Part shown: piece by piece, positions 45,446-54,690 of the stretch | Numbering within the stretch: the first letter of the stretch is position 1 | Layout of the letters: each line of letters starts with the position of its first letter | Source: Patescibacteria group bacterium | GTDB lineage: Bacteria > Patescibacteriota > Microgenomatia > UBA1400 > Chisholmbacteraceae | Assembly (NCBI GenBank): GCA_022564195.1 | Contig: JADFLW010000008.1 | Coordinates: 1-54,690, forward strand | Direction of reading: 5' to 3' | DNA length: 54,690 nucleotides | Notes under the pieces: generated by a model | What the model was told of the DNA's origin: nothing | Database searches by the model: none | The model's input: the letters and a program-made list of their open reading frames with translations, nothing else | Position numbers and translations under genes: made by a program

Positions 45446-45568
45446 CTTTGCGTCATTATACCATGTAAAAGAGGGTTATTTTTAACCTTTGAACATGTTG
45501 AAGAGGATAGCAATCAGCAGGAGCATACTGCAGGCGTTTTTCATTAGAATAGTCAATTTCTAGATAGA

Positions 45569-46276
45569 CTACAACAATTTCTCTACAAATTCGGTTGCCT
45601 TCAGGCGACCTTCGTGTGTTTTGAATAGCGCGTGGCGGGCGCCTTTAAGCGTACATTTCTTTTTCTTTTTTGCCTTGACTGCATTTTTATAAAAGATCGG
45701 GATAATCGATTCCATGAGTTCTCTGTAACTGCTTTTTTCGTGCAAGATGAGATACAGCTCGCCTTTGAATTTTCGAATCTCTTGGATCGGTCTCATCTTA
45801 TTGACGTCTCCCTTTAGTGCGAGCTCAACATCATCTGCGGTTATTTCAAGATACGGTTTGTCTTCTTCCTTGACCAATAGCAGTGTAGGCTCAAATAGGA
45901 ATATCTTTTTGATTCCAGGATGATCACTGGCTACCGAGGCGGCGACGTATCCGCCCATGCTGGTTGCAATCAGTGTGATGTCATTTGGGTTTACGAATGG
46001 AAGCGAGACAACGTAGTCTAGGACTTTTTTAGCGTCCTCAATCTGATAGCTCAGGGGAGGAACAATTTTGCTTGCGCTTTCTCCTCTGCCTCTGAAATCA
46101 AAGGCAAACGACGCGTATCCCAAATTCACCAAGGCTTCTGCCATTAAGTAGAATCGCTCTTTCACTCCGCCTTGGCCGTTTAGGAAAACCACCACTTTAT
46201 GCTGTTTTTGTTTATCCGGGTAGAAAAGCGCGCCAATAATTTTTTCGTTGTTTATGGGGATCTCAATTCTTTCCAT
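45569..46276 (-). CDS. alpha/beta-fold hydrolase
   Basis: Nucleophile elbow ATSMGG (GxSxG-type). HKVVVFLNGQGG near the N-terminus and ARH near the C-terminus. Confidence 0.7.
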   Translation of the reverse strand: MERIEIPINNEKIIGALFYPDKQKQHKVVVFLNGQGGVKERFYLMAEALVNLGYASFAFDFRGRGESASKIVPPLSYQIEDAKKVLDYVVSLPFVNPNDITLIATSMGGYVAASVASDHPGIKKIFLFEPTLLLVKEEDKPYLEITADDVELALKGDVNKMRPIQEIRKFKGELYLILHEKSSYRELMESIIPIFYKNAVKAKKKKKCTLKGARHALFKTHEGRLKATEFVEKLL

Positions 46277-46312
46277 AAATGAGCGGTTTTCATTTGGTTG
46301 TATTTTACCTGC

Positions 46313-46337
46313 AAAAAGAGCCGCGGGGGAGCGGCTC
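46313..46337 (-). terminator. intrinsic terminator downstream of groEL
   Basis: Minus strand: GAGCCGC-tccccc-GCGGCTC followed by TTTTT. Two more short GC hairpins lie between it and the groEL stop (46340..46417). Confidence 0.65.
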
Positions 46338-46417
46338 CTTAAGTTTGATAAATTGATTTCCTTCTATTTATCCCGGTGTTTACCGGGGTTTGCGTCGTCC
46401 CGCAATGACGGGACTCC

Positions 46418-48070
<1,653 letters not shown>

Positions 48071-48388
48071 TTAATTGACTACGGCTAATATGTCTTCGAA
48101 TTTTAAAAATTGGTATTCTTTGTCGTCGACCTTGACTTCGTTGCCACCCCATTTTTTGTAGATCACGGTTTGGCCTTTCCTGCATGGGGCTGGAATTTTT
48201 GCTCCCTGTTCGGTGACCCATACATCACCGACGGCAAGTACTTTGCCTTCCTGTGGTTTTTCGTCATGCGAGTCTGGGAGATAGATTCCGGCTTTGGTTT
48301 TTTGCTGAGCCTCCATGGGTTCAACAAGCACATAGCCTGCTGCAGGTTGAAGTTTCGCGAGTCTTGAAGAAGATTTTTTCTTTGCCAT
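48071..48388 (-). CDS. groS: co-chaperonin GroES
   Basis: LQPAAGYVLVEP...KTKAGIYLP...GKVLAVG...YKKWGGNEVKVDDKEYQFLKFEDILAVV. Confidence 0.93.
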   Translation of the reverse strand: MAKKKSSSRLAKLQPAAGYVLVEPMEAQQKTKAGIYLPDSHDEKPQEGKVLAVGDVWVTEQGAKIPAPCRKGQTVIYKKWGGNEVKVDDKEYQFLKFEDILAVVN

Positions 48389-48431
48389 GTTGTTTCCTCT
48401 TGGTTGTGGTCTTTTCTTTAAAACAAAAAGT

Positions 48432-48450
48432 GTTATCAGTTCTTGATAAC
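48432..48450. promoter_or_regulatory. perfect inverted repeat GTTATCA-N5-TGATAAC in the groES leader (candidate operator)
   Basis: Read directly. It lies just downstream of the -10 box and overlaps a degenerate CIRCE-like string (48433..48459). Confidence 0.4.
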
Positions 48451-48457
48451 GAGTGCC

Positions 48458-48486
48458 ATTCTATACGTCGGTTCCTTGTTTGTCAA
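48458..48486 (-). promoter_or_regulatory. sigma70-type promoter of groES-groEL (TTGACA-17 nt-TAGAAT)
   Basis: Minus strand: TTGACA (48486..48481), a 17-nt spacer and TAGAAT (48463..48458), about 70 nt upstream of the groES ATG. Confidence 0.6.
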
Positions 48487-48541
48487 TATCTTCTTTTCAA
48501 ATAGCGTTTTTCTCTTTTTCTCTCATGTACAATAGTTGGTG

Positions 48542-49549
48542 ATGGAGAGAGGCACTCGGTTGGCGTTGGTAGGGGATGTGATGTTGGGCCGGATGGTCGA
48601 CCAGACCGTCCGGAGAATAGGGGATCCTTCTTCTGTTTGGGGAAATACGCTTACGATTTGGCAGCAAGCGGATGTTCGTTTCATCAACCTTGAGTGCGTG
48701 ATTGCCCGACGCGAAACCGGAAAACAATGGTTTCCGAAGGTTTTTCACTTCAGGGCTCTCCCCTGGGCGCTCGATGCCTTGAAGGTGGCCTCAATCGATG
48801 CTGTTTCTCTGGCAAACAACCACGTGCTGGATTACCACGAGGAGGCGCTTCTTGAAATGATTAGTTTCCTTGATACGGCTGGCATTGCCCATGCCGGGGC
48901 AGGTGCATCACTATCTTCGGCCATTCAACCGGCGGTTGTTGAATCCCAGGAACTTACGGTTGCGCTTTTGGCGCTTACCGATAATGAACCAAGATGGGAA
49001 GCGTTGGATGCTCGAAAGAGGCGTGTGGCCAAGGGCGGCATTTTCTACGTTCCAATGGCAACTTCTGGTTCGCGGTTTGAGCGGCTTGTGCGAGCGATCA
49101 GGAAGGCGCAGAAGCGCGCGGATATTGTGGTGGTTTCTGCGCATGTTGGCCCCCACATGCGGGAAGCGCCAGGAAAAACGTACGTTTCCTTTGCCCATGC
49201 AATTATCGATGCTGGCGCTAGCGTGTACATGGGTTCAAGTAACCATGCGTTTCAGGGTGTTGAGATTTATCGGGATAGGCCAATCCTTTATGATCTCGGG
49301 GATTTTGTGGATGATTATGCGGTGGATCCGGTGATGCGCAATGACTGTTCGTTTTTGTTTCTTCTGGAATTCCAGCACTCCAAGCTTCGTTCACTTTCCA
49401 TGGCTCCTACTGTTATTTCGGAGATGCAGGTGAATCTTGCCCGTGGTCGGGAACGGGATCGGATCATGTCGCGAATGGGGCGGTTGTGTCGCGGGCTAGG
49501 AACGAAAACACGGCGGGTTAACGATCGCTTGGAGGTGGTTTTAGATTAA
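48542..49549 (+). CDS. CapA/PGA_cap-family metallophosphoesterase-fold protein
   Basis: LALVGDVMLGR...VRFINLE...VSLANNHVLDY...AHAGAG...VSAHVGP motifs. TTG 48536, GTG 48539 and ATG 48542 are alternative starts. A TACAAT box 9 nt upstream would allow a near-leaderless mRNA. Confidence 0.75.
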   Translation: MERGTRLALVGDVMLGRMVDQTVRRIGDPSSVWGNTLTIWQQADVRFINLECVIARRETGKQWFPKVFHFRALPWALDALKVASIDAVSLANNHVLDYHEEALLEMISFLDTAGIAHAGAGASLSSAIQPAVVESQELTVALLALTDNEPRWEALDARKRRVAKGGIFYVPMATSGSRFERLVRAIRKAQKRADIVVVSAHVGPHMREAPGKTYVSFAHAIIDAGASVYMGSSNHAFQGVEIYRDRPILYDLGDFVDDYAVDPVMRNDCSFLFLLEFQHSKLRSLSMAPTVISEMQVNLARGRERDRIMSRMGRLCRGLGTKTRRVNDRLEVVLD

Positions 49550-49991
49550 CCTGAGTCATCTACGGTTTTATTTCGGTTTCTTCAGCGACCATTTCTTGAG
49601 GTTTCTTCTTCTCGACTACCCGGCCGGTCTTCTGAGAAGAAGGATCTTCCTATCTTGCTAACGCACATGTAGGGGCTCAGTTTTCTGGTTTTATCTCTGG
49701 AAATTCACCAGGAGGGGGGAGTGATACCAGAGGTGTGGGATGGGGCGAGAGGCGATCCTGTACGGGTTTTATTTGCCCTATTTTGAAGTCCAAGACAGGC
49801 TTTTTTCGTTTTTCTCATGAGAGGTTCACAATAGTCTTGGAGGGCGGTTTTTGGCGTTTTATCTTAAGGTCTTTGTCCGCGGGTTTTACATTTTTTGCGT
49901 TTGTTGAAACTTACTTAAAAACGACTCCCCCGCCCGCTTTTTCTCTAATATATTAGATGTTTCCTCTGGAAAAGCCAGGGGTTCTTTTCGG

Positions 49992-50025
49992 GTGTTCGTC
50001 ACGCTGTCCCGAACACTGATTTTTT
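49992..50025 (+). terminator. plus-strand intrinsic-terminator-like hairpin in the capA/SPFH gap
   Basis: GTGTTCG-11 nt loop-CGAACAC, followed by TGATTTTTT. The orientation fits plus-strand transcription only. Confidence 0.45.
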
Positions 50026-50100
50026 GGTGTTGGCTGTTCTCTGCTCCGCTTGTGATGGGGTTTAAGGAAAGGGAGAGTGAAGTATTTTTCTTTGCCAATC

Positions 50101-50709
50101 TCAGCTTCCTTGTTCCACGAAGGTGACCTCTGCATCGGGGGTTTTCTTCTCTGCTTCCAGAATCTTTACTTCGGAGAGCGGTGTTCCTTCGCAGATTAAA
50201 CCCTTCTCGTCAAATTGCTTGTTTAATTCCCGAGTCAAGAGATCCTCTATTTGGGTTCTCGAGGACTTGATCTGCTCAAGTGTGAGACCGGCAAAGACTG
50301 CGGCGATGCGCGAGCGGCTGATCGGGCGGACCACCTTGGAGATGAAATTATCTCCGACATTTTCCCAAAGCTCAGGAGCGTTCTTCTTGTCGATTTTGAA
50401 CAAGATCGACCCTTCGACTTGGACGTAGTGCCCATCTTTCGTCGTTGTACGAATCGGCACATCCCCCATAGCTTCCTTTTTCTTGAGATTAAAACCTTCT
50501 CTGATGGTATATTCCAGAATTTGGGCGTTAAACAGCTTGGCAATCTGCCAAAACGGGATCTTCAGATGCAACCCCGGTCCCCACACCTTCTTCAGCACCC
50601 CCCTACCTCGATCGTAGATGCAGGCGATGTGCCCGGGCGGGACAGAGATGAAGAAGCCGCCGACGACTTCATCGACCAAAAATGATACGACTAAGCGATC
50701 AAATTCCAT
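50101..50709 (-). CDS. SPFH/Band-7 (prohibitin/stomatin-like) domain protein
   Basis: FISVPPGHIACIYDRGRGVLKKVWGPGLHLKIPFWQ... is a typical SPFH N-terminal core. Confidence 0.7.
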   Translation of the reverse strand: MEFDRLVVSFLVDEVVGGFFISVPPGHIACIYDRGRGVLKKVWGPGLHLKIPFWQIAKLFNAQILEYTIREGFNLKKKEAMGDVPIRTTTKDGHYVQVEGSILFKIDKKNAPELWENVGDNFISKVVRPISRSRIAAVFAGLTLEQIKSSRTQIEDLLTRELNKQFDEKGLICEGTPLSEVKILEAEKKTPDAEVTFVEQGS

Positions 50710-50720
50710 ATGTTCCTATT

Positions 50721-51560
50721 TTACTCTCTTTTTTCTTTTTTTCCATCGTCCCCGCTCTCCCCTTGAGCGGGGGCACTGGCCTGCCTGCGCTCCGTCGGCA
50801 TAGCCTCTGGCGACGTATGACCGGCAGGCATGGCTATCGCGAGTTTTCCGCTGAATTTGCGATAGATGCGCATGCCCCGACGCACGAGTATTAACACTAT
50901 GGAGAAGCAGAGGGTGGTGATGATAAACAGCTTTTTCCCGGCAGGAAGGTAGGCGAAGATGATGAAAGAGACCACAGGCAGGAAGACCTGCAGCCTTATA
51001 ATTTCTCGCCTAGTGACAGGGAACGGGGAGGTGAACATGGAGAGCGACTCGACGGTGAAGATGACGAGGGATTGGATGAGGTTCAAAAAGAGGTTGGGAC
51101 GAGTCAAGTCGTATTTCCCTGCGAATACCAGATTGAATGGTTCCGTGACGGTGGGCATGAAGCCATAAATCAATCCTAAATCTGCTCCAAGCAGTCCCCT
51201 GGAAAAGAGCCTGTAGAGCATCAGTGCAATGGCGACTTGGACCGAGAGGTTTATGCCTTCAGAGATGAGAATCCGACGATTTCCTTTCAAGAGATTCTTG
51301 ATTTCCGTTTTCTTCCGTACTGGGTCGTCTTTATACGCTCTGTTTATTTCCTTGACTTTCTCTTCGATCTCACGACGTTCGGCTTCTGAGCGGCTGGAAG
51401 CTATGGACAAGGGAAGCAAGAAGATTCTTAATATAATGGTGAAGATTATCACCGCGATTCCCATGTCTGCATTGCCGCCGGTTACGAAATCAAGCCCCGT
51501 GTAGACTGCCACCAGAAGGTTTAGAAACGGTTGGTAGATGAAGCGAGTGAATAGACCCAT
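50721..51560 (-). CDS. yidC: YidC/Oxa1-family membrane protein insertase (short form)
   Basis: GIAVIIFTIILRIFLLPLSIAS first core helix, five TM helices and a basic C-terminal tail. Confidence 0.8.
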   Translation of the reverse strand: MGLFTRFIYQPFLNLLVAVYTGLDFVTGGNADMGIAVIIFTIILRIFLLPLSIASSRSEAERREIEEKVKEINRAYKDDPVRKKTEIKNLLKGNRRILISEGINLSVQVAIALMLYRLFSRGLLGADLGLIYGFMPTVTEPFNLVFAGKYDLTRPNLFLNLIQSLVIFTVESLSMFTSPFPVTRREIIRLQVFLPVVSFIIFAYLPAGKKLFIITTLCFSIVLILVRRGMRIYRKFSGKLAIAMPAGHTSPEAMPTERRQASAPAQGESGDDGKKEKRE

Positions 51561-51568
51561 GGATTCTA

Positions 51569-52078
51569 TTATATATTGCTCAATTTCCCTCGCCTACGGC
51601 TGCGGGATTGGGCTTTGATGATTTTGCTGGTTGACACTTCTGGATTATGGGGAAGGACAACCTTGAGCTTGCCACCGAATTTTTCCATGACTCTTTTCTT
51701 TTCTTCTTGAAATGGGGTGTTGGCGCTTATCGCATACCTCTCTGGTCTTATGGCTTTGATGAGCGCTTCTCTCCCCTTTTTGGTTCCTAGATTGTTGGGC
51801 AAGATGAAGGCATAGTCCACGAGCTCTAGCGCGGCGGCGATTTCGGCTCGCTGGTTCTGAGGGTTGATCGGTCGCCCCTTGCCTTTCAGTTTCCGTACCC
51901 TTTCGTCTGATTCGATACCGACAATGAGGATATCGCCTTCGGCTTTGGCTTTTTTTAAGAACCGCAGGTGCTCGATATGGAGAATGTCGTACACGCCGGT
52001 GGCAAGAACGATGGTTTTGGCGCTCAGGAGCGAGGCGCGAAGCGTAATGAGCTCATCCAGCCTGACAATTTTACCCAT
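51569..52078 (-). CDS. cytidylyltransferase-fold nucleotidyltransferase (RfaE domain II/TagD-like)
   Basis: ATGVYDILHIEHLRFLKKAKAEGDILIVGIESDERV...KGKGRPI (HxxH variant of HxGH). The substrate cannot be assigned. Confidence 0.7.
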   Translation of the reverse strand: MGKIVRLDELITLRASLLSAKTIVLATGVYDILHIEHLRFLKKAKAEGDILIVGIESDERVRKLKGKGRPINPQNQRAEIAAALELVDYAFILPNNLGTKKGREALIKAIRPERYAISANTPFQEEKKRVMEKFGGKLKVVLPHNPEVSTSKIIKAQSRSRRRGKLSNI

Positions 52079-52121
52079 ACCTTCATTATTTTACCCTTTC
52101 TCATTGGGCTTGTTTACACCC

Positions 52122-53153
52122 TCATGTTGCAGTTTCGGGCATGCATCCGTAGCGCTTCAATCGGCGTTGGTACTTTTCGAGCACGAGTTTCGCGGTGTCG
52201 CGAGGATGGAAAAAGGCGGCGTTGGGACGGACGATCTCACGAGTCTTCTTTGCTCTCATGTATCGTTTTTGCAGACGGTAGGCAACCGTCTCTAGGATAT
52301 CCCCTGGCCGCGCGGGTCTGTTCTCCACCTCCTGTCTGATTCCTTTCGTGTTTTTCCTCCGCCTATTCGGTTGCTGCTGTGTTGATTTTGGGAGGGCGTT
52401 CGGCAGGTGCTCCAGTATCCAGGTGTTTTGCGTGAGGAATCTCTCGTGCGTTCTGTCCCTCGTCCATATTGGCTTCACTTGAGCAACCTCGTGTGCTGTA
52501 TACAGATTGCGTTGCGATGGGTGGAGGGAGAGCGCGGTTTCATTGAGAAAAAGGTTTAAGCATATTGCATTGTTCCATTGCTTCCCTCCATTCTCCCGAC
52601 GTGACGTCGGGATTCGGCGGGCAGGCATTGCTACACTGTCATATTTCTGTAATGGTTTACGACGCTCTGCTACAAGAGAAACGAGGGGGACGACGAAGAG
52701 ACGGGTGAGCCAGAGGCGGTTCCTGCTGGTAATAATCATGAGATCGATATCGTCATTCTCTTCTGAGTTTTGCATGGCAAGGGCCCCGGTGAGCGCTACC
52801 ATTTTTATCGTGGGAATGCGCATGAGCCATTTGCCCACCCCTTTGGCGATTGCCGCTTTTTTCCTGGCGTGTTTTTCTCGTTTCCTTCTCAGAAGAACTG
52901 TTCTTCGTCGGCCTTTGAGGAAATAGTATCCATTGATCGAGCTCATTTGTTCCGCCCCTCTCATCGCTTTTTCCACCGTCCGAGGGGTCCCCACCATCTC
53001 GGCGGGCAGGCATTCGGCCACCTTGGAGATGTTTTGATTCTGATCACAAATGAGGAAGCGGTGGATTTCTTCGCTCGTCAGCGGGAAGTCAAAAATATCT
53101 GCGTAACAGAGCGTTCGAAGGATAGCGTCTTTAAGACTCGGTTTACTGGTCAT
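52122..53153 (-). CDS. hypothetical protein with a Pol-beta-superfamily nucleotidyltransferase-like core
   Basis: ALTGALAMQNSEENDDIDLMIIT resembles the GS...D(I/L)D motif of minimal nucleotidyltransferases. I prefer the ATG at 53153 (MTSKPSLKD...) to 53198. Contains repeat copy B. Confidence 0.45.
   Translation of the reverse strand: MTSKPSLKDAILRTLCYADIFDFPLTSEEIHRFLICDQNQNISKVAECLPAEMVGTPRTVEKAMRGAEQMSSINGYYFLKGRRRTVLLRRKREKHARKKAAIAKGVGKWLMRIPTIKMVALTGALAMQNSEENDDIDLMIITSRNRLWLTRLFVVPLVSLVAERRKPLQKYDSVAMPARRIPTSRRENGGKQWNNAICLNLFLNETALSLHPSQRNLYTAHEVAQVKPIWTRDRTHERFLTQNTWILEHLPNALPKSTQQQPNRRRKNTKGIRQEVENRPARPGDILETVAYRLQKRYMRAKKTREIVRPNAAFFHPRDTAKLVLEKYQRRLKRYGCMPETAT
52594..52617. repeat. 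palindrome-cored repeat, copy B (inside a CDS)
   Basis: Identical 24-mer to 44300..44323. The flanking aggcattg (52623..52630) also recurs at 44341..44348. Confidence 0.9.
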
Positions 53154-53293
53154 AGCCCTGGTGTTTATCATAACACTCTCAAGACAAGCGGATTGCATTG
53201 TTTCATGGCTTCATGGCTTCATTGTTCTAGGAAGCGTTGCTTTTTTAGTTTTTCTAACAATGGAGCAGGGTTCAGTGGTGTAATGATGTGAAT

Positions 53294-54690
53294 TCACTTG
53301 ATACCGTATTGGGAGAGCAGCTGGGAGATCCCTTGAGCAGTTGTCTCGAGCGCATCTTGAGGATCGGTTCTTGTGTTGACAGCGTTGACCGCATCTTCGA
53401 AATACTTGATCATCCTGTCGTTTATTCCATTATCGTGGGTTCTTGAGGAAAGGTACCAGGATTGTGCGTTTTGGGCTTGGGTGATGTAGGCTCCGACGAA
53501 TGGATCCTCCTTGAGTAATTCTGCCATGTTTTTGCGTGAATAGGGTTCGCCAATTTGTCTTCCGCTGGCTACAGCAGCCGTGTATAACTTCTCAAGTGTT
53601 GCTGTCTGTGAGAGGAATTGTATAAACTTCCAGGCATCCTTTTGGCGTTCGCTTTTTGCTGAAACCCCTTCAACCCAGTAGGACGCCCAGGTGATGTTGG
53701 ATTTCGGAAGTTGTGGAACAGGGATTACTGCAAAGTCTAAATCGGGATTCAAGGCTCTGATATCCAGCACTCTCCAGGATGGACCGAAGTACATTGCCAA
53801 CTCCCCTGCTGCGAATGCCTGCGTTGAGCCTGGGAGTGTTGTATCCCAAACCTTATCTGATCTGGTAAATATGGTGTAGAACAGCAGCGCGTCGGCGGCG
53901 AGTTTGTCGGTTGGATCGGCAAGGTTTGCACCGTTTTGGAGCATCATGAGCCCTAAAATATCAGGCCAATGATCAATGTTGCCGGTTGTTCCCAACGCGA
54001 CACCGGCTCTTTGAATGCGTCCGGATTGATCCCTTATTGTCAGATCAAAGGCGGTTTTTCTCAGGTCTTCCCAGGTTGTCGGCGGTGATTTGCCGGCGGC
54101 TTTGAAGATATCCTTATTGTAAAACAGGGCCAATCCGTCGATTTCAAGGGGAACCCCGACAAATCCGGCTCCACGACGTAAGTCTCTTGCAGCAACAGGA
54201 TAGAACGTTTCTTGGAAACTGCTTGCGCTGTAGACTTCTGGGGGAACGGTATCGAGTTCGTCCTTGAGCATCGGTACCCAGGTATTATGGAAGCGAAAGA
54301 TGTCCGGCCCTTCTCCTCTGGCTAGTGCGGACTGGAGCCGCTCGCGATAATCCTTGTGGCTCTGCTGAGCGTATTCTACTTTGATGTTTGGATTCTCCTT
54401 TTGAAACTCGTCGATTACCTGCTGCATCACTTCTTTCGGTTCCCAGAGCCCCCAGTAGCTTAGCGTCACTTCTTGTCCAGGCAAGCCCGGCAGTCTCACC
54501 GAGCGTATTCTTGGAATGACCACCCGAACAAGGATAAATCCGATTGCTACAGCAATGAGGGTAATTGCCGCAAAGAGACCAACTTTTTTAATCTTTCCTG
54601 CCTTCTTAGGAAGTGTGACTTCTGGAGTTTCTTCTGGGGGTGGGGGTGAAGAGGCCGCCGCCGGAGGTGGAGGAGGGGGTGGAGGAGGAG
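53294..54690 (-). CDS. membrane-anchored extracellular solute-binding protein (family 1, sugar-type); 5' end beyond the right edge
   Basis: SBP domain (TLSYWGLW...ENPNIKVEY...). The frame stays open upstream of the track's GTG at 54523 to the window edge, encoding PPPPPPPPPAAASSPPPPEETPEVTLPKKAGKIKKVGLFAAITLIAVAIGFILVR (Pro-rich region plus TM anchor). Confidence 0.8.
   Translation of the reverse strand, partial: PPPPPPPPPAAASSPPPPEETPEVTLPKKAGKIKKVGLFAAITLIAVAIGFILVRVVIPRIRSVRLPGLPGQEVTLSYWGLWEPKEVMQQVIDEFQKENPNIKVEYAQQSHKDYRERLQSALARGEGPDIFRFHNTWVPMLKDELDTVPPEVYSASSFQETFYPVAARDLRRGAGFVGVPLEIDGLALFYNKDIFKAAGKSPPTTWEDLRKTAFDLTIRDQSGRIQRAGVALGTTGNIDHWPDILGLMMLQNGANLADPTDKLAADALLFYTIFTRSDKVWDTTLPGSTQAFAAGELAMYFGPSWRVLDIRALNPDLDFAVIPVPQLPKSNITWASYWVEGVSAKSERQKDAWKFIQFLSQTATLEKLYTAAVASGRQIGEPYSRKNMAELLKEDPFVGAYITQAQNAQSWYLSSRTHDNGINDRMIKYFEDAVNAVNTRTDPQDALETTAQGISQLLSQYGIK

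Noticed and set aside
49672-49700. GGGGCTCAG... looked like a tmRNA 5' end
   Set aside because: I found no matching 3' acceptor strand (GAGCCCC-ACCA), no T-arm (GGTTCGA-type) and no tag ORF within several hundred nt on either strand.
50101-50709. SPFH protein as part of an SPFH/NfeD membrane-protease module
   Set aside because: No NfeD-like gene is adjacent. The neighbours are yidC and a noncoding gap.
53203-53221. 8-nt tandem duplication ATGGCTTC x2 upstream of the nucleotidyltransferase-like gene
   Set aside because: Only two units, in an intergenic leader, with no structure or coding consequence. Most likely trivial.

Overview
Gene-dense 54.7-kb bacterial chromosome segment. I count about 53 protein genes and one tRNA-Cys, and saw no rRNA, CRISPR array, transposase or integrase. 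Content, left to right:

- **1-131:** the 5' end of pnp, which is missing from the ORF track.
- **About 55-21737:** a surface-glycan locus of about 21 kb. It holds GT2, GT4 and GT-C glycosyltransferases, a DUF2304 protein, an O-antigen-ligase/TPR protein and a full-length homolog of plant RGP/UDP-arabinopyranose mutase (GT75). It also holds a Wzm/Wzt-type ABC exporter, CDP-3,6-dideoxyhexose genes (rfbF and an E1/rfbH-type dehydrase), two SDR enzymes, an arylsulfotransferase-like propeller, a methyltransferase and an SGNH esterase.
- **21870-26871:** cell-wall genes, namely a G5+3D protein, two FemAB-family genes and a membrane-fused spermidine-synthase-like protein.
- **26919-30955:** a UvrD-helicase/PD-(D/E)XK-nuclease fusion and rmuC.
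- **31602-33553:** a yerC/trpR-like gene and metG.
- **33695-39236:** a second envelope operon (processive GT2 synthase, ArnT-like GT-C, WecA/MraY-family transferase, UbiA-type decaprenyl-phosphate phosphoribosyltransferase).
- **39267-41142:** a PEGA/SH3 lipoprotein, tRNA-Cys and a free-standing LAGLIDADG endonuclease.
- **41241-49549:** gap-pgk, an M23 peptidase, pyrH, groES-groEL and capA.
- **50101-54690:** an SPFH protein, yidC, a cytidylyltransferase-fold protein, a nucleotidyltransferase-like protein and a membrane-anchored solute-binding protein that runs off the right edge.

The short housekeeping proteins (PGK is about 327 aa), the FemAB genes and the many GT-C proteins fit a reduced-genome lineage with a Gram-positive-type envelope, such as CPR/Patescibacteria. 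I also saw no outer-membrane genes. That placement is inference only.

The most interesting items are:
- the bacterial GT75/RGP homolog inside an ABC-exported glycan operon;
- an E1-type dehydrase with the C-X57-C-X1-C-X7-C motif but no E3 reductase partner in view;
- the LAGLIDADG cassette, bracketed by a copy of the tRNA-Cys 3' end;
- a palindromic repeat of about 40 nt found once between genes and once in frame inside a CDS;
- slippage-prone repeats that break or could break two genes;
- two unexplained noncoding stretches carrying promoter and terminator signals.
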